A stretch of DNA of 60,328 nucleotides, from IMG/VR virus record IMGVR_UViG_3300022555_000019; one strand, given 5' to 3'. The notes below the pieces were generated by a model, which worked only from the letters and a program-made list of their open reading frames with translations, did no database searches and was not told the DNA's origin. The position numbers and the translations under genes are program-made. Of the stretch, positions 58,843-60,328 are shown piece by piece; the stretch's first letter is position 1, and each line of letters starts with the position of its first letter. The stretch is from an uncultured virus (IMG/VR IMGVR_UViG_3300022555_000019). Lineage: Duplodnaviria; Heunggongvirae; Uroviricota; Caudoviricetes.

Positions 58843-59565
58843 ATGATCATAAAATTTGAATTATTTGAACGACAAGATGTAGAAAAAGCTCAAGTTATTC
58901 GTAGAGCTTCAATTATTATATTAGAAAAAATTAAAAATCATATTCTAAATTCAATAAAAAGTAGTGAACCAATAAAATTTAAATTTAAATTAACCGATAA
59001 TTTTTATTGCATGTTCGAAAGAGCCAATGATAGTGGCGGGGCATACGGAATACCGCAATCAGGTGATATGAGATTTTTATTCATCAGAAATAATGAATTA
59101 TTAGATAATTTAGATAAAATTAATATTAGTAGTAATAGAAAGCTACAAATTTTTTATAAAATAAATTGGGATTTAGTTAGGTATGTAATATATCATGAAA
59201 TAACTCATAGATACGATGATTTAAAATACGATTTAACAAAAATTGATAAAAATGTATTTAGAAAAGATATGTGGGATTTATTACAATCTAACCCAGACGA
59301 ATATAAAAAAAAATCTCAGACGCAATATCCAAAAAATACATCAGAATATAACGCATATTTTTTAACTGGTATAAATTTACTTAAAGATGCCACCGCTTCA
59401 GGCAAGTATTCAATACCTAATAATTTTCAGGATTTTAAATCAGATTTTGAAGAATTCATTGGAAAAAATTTTTTTATTAAATCGGAAAAATTCCGCAAAC
59501 ATTTCAATAAAAGAATCTATGATCTCTGGATTAAAATTCAGGAGCGTGGAATAAAAGGTATTTAA
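58843..59565 (+). CDS. HExxH protein with CTS-like N-terminus
   Basis: MIIKFELFE; HEITH; EYNAY. Confidence 0.7.
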   Translation: MIIKFELFERQDVEKAQVIRRASIIILEKIKNHILNSIKSSEPIKFKFKLTDNFYCMFERANDSGGAYGIPQSGDMRFLFIRNNELLDNLDKINISSNRKLQIFYKINWDLVRYVIYHEITHRYDDLKYDLTKIDKNVFRKDMWDLLQSNPDEYKKKSQTQYPKNTSEYNAYFLTGINLLKDATASGKYSIPNNFQDFKSDFEEFIGKNFFIKSEKFRKHFNKRIYDLWIKIQERGIKGI

Positions 59566-60328
59566 GATTTCTTAAAATTTTCGAATTTGGTTGTAATTTT
59601 ATCCATTTGGATCGGAAACTTTGTTGGTGTACGTAATGTTATGATGTGTGTTTCAAATGGGTTAGCTTCATTATTAGAAACCAAATTTGTTATCAATTGC
59701 GGATGTATTTTTAATCTTTCATTAATATATTCAACAACTTCATCATCAGATTTTCTAACAAGGGTATCAAAATATTCCTGAATCGCATTTGTGCTCATAA
59801 TATTTTGTCTGACATCATCATAAAAATATACTTTATCATACATATCCTTTTTTATCGGAATGAAATGATCATCTTTAATTGTAAGCCCAAGCATATGCTC
59901 CAACAAAACTTTATTTTTATTGTATGTAATCTTACCTGTAAGCCCAACCATTCTTATACTTTCGGACACAAAATAAATCTTGTCAATACTAAAACCATGC
60001 TCCGCAAGTTTTTCCCTTAACTTATTTAACAGTGGGGCATGTCGTCTTCTATCACTTCTTGCAGTTATGACACCTATTTCAACATCTTTACCAATCAAAT
60101 GCTTGATATTATGTAATAGTAATTTAACTTCATTTTTATTTAGGATTTCTTCATCGAAAAATTCAGAATATGAAATTCCAAACTTGCTTAATTTAGGATA
60201 CCTAATTTTTCTGCCAAGTTTTTCATAAATATCATTTGAAATATAAAAAGTTTCGCCATTATATTCAATTGGATAATTATCTTTTATATAAATTCCACTT
60301 TTTATTAATGCAAAATCAATTGGAGATA
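59562..60328 (-). CDS. Partial HAD-like protein (5' end outside window)
   Basis: Frame is open to the window edge; ITARS and FYDD motifs. Confidence 0.65.
   Translation of the reverse strand, partial: SPIDFALIKSGIYIKDNYPIEYNGETFYISNDIYEKLGRKIRYPKLSKFGISYSEFFDEEILNKNEVKLLLHNIKHLIGKDVEIGVITARSDRRRHAPLLNKLREKLAEHGFSIDKIYFVSESIRMVGLTGKITYNKNKVLLEHMLGLTIKDDHFIPIKKDMYDKVYFYDDVRQNIMSTNAIQEYFDTLVRKSDDEVVEYINERLKIHPQLITNLVSNNEANPFETHIITLRTPTKFPIQMDKITTKFENFKKS

Noticed and set aside
1..60328. Stop-codon reassignment as in some Bacteroidota phages
   Set aside because: Long conserved genes are uninterrupted in the standard code; TAA, TAG and TGA all end genes; no suppressor tRNA seen.

Overview
AT-rich, gene-dense 60 kb segment of a T4-like jumbo phage genome using the standard genetic code. 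The host is most likely in the Bacteroidota: TAnnTTTG promoters, a T9SS-tagged protein, a lipoprotein and a tmRNA resume site starting GE all point that way. Recognisable genes: duplicated MoxR-type AAA ATPase plus DUF2201/VWA modules, a gp15-like tail protein, clamp loader, RNase H/flap nuclease, HAD phosphatase, Hsp20, dUTPase, Prs, a split DUF2828 (Ro/TROVE-like vWA) gene, two radical SAM enzymes, ribosomal protein bL12, Nudix, TraR/DksA finger, NADAR and several homing endonucleases. The most unusual content is RNA. (1) A minus-strand array at 42.2-46.2 kb holds tRNAs only for Thr/Ala/Val/Pro/Gly/Arg. It is preceded by a 36-codon leader with 19 consecutive codons for exactly those six amino acids and a terminator/antiterminator switch, which looks like a tRNA-sensing attenuator. 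(2) Two Arg tRNAs have the D-loop 3' of the anticodon arm. (3) Two circularly permuted (YrlA-like) tRNA mimics and several other tRNA-like RNAs sit in the same array. (4) A six-copy covarying CAGCAA RNA motif occurs beside the Ro-like gene and in the array. (5) The tmRNA has a group I intron in its T-loop. At protein level, 17 unrelated ORFs share an N-terminal leader resembling the T4 capsid-targeting sequence plus a C-terminal [RQK]FDL. About 20 others share an RxxK[LI]xx[LI] motif. All assignments come from reading the sequence by eye; no searches were run.
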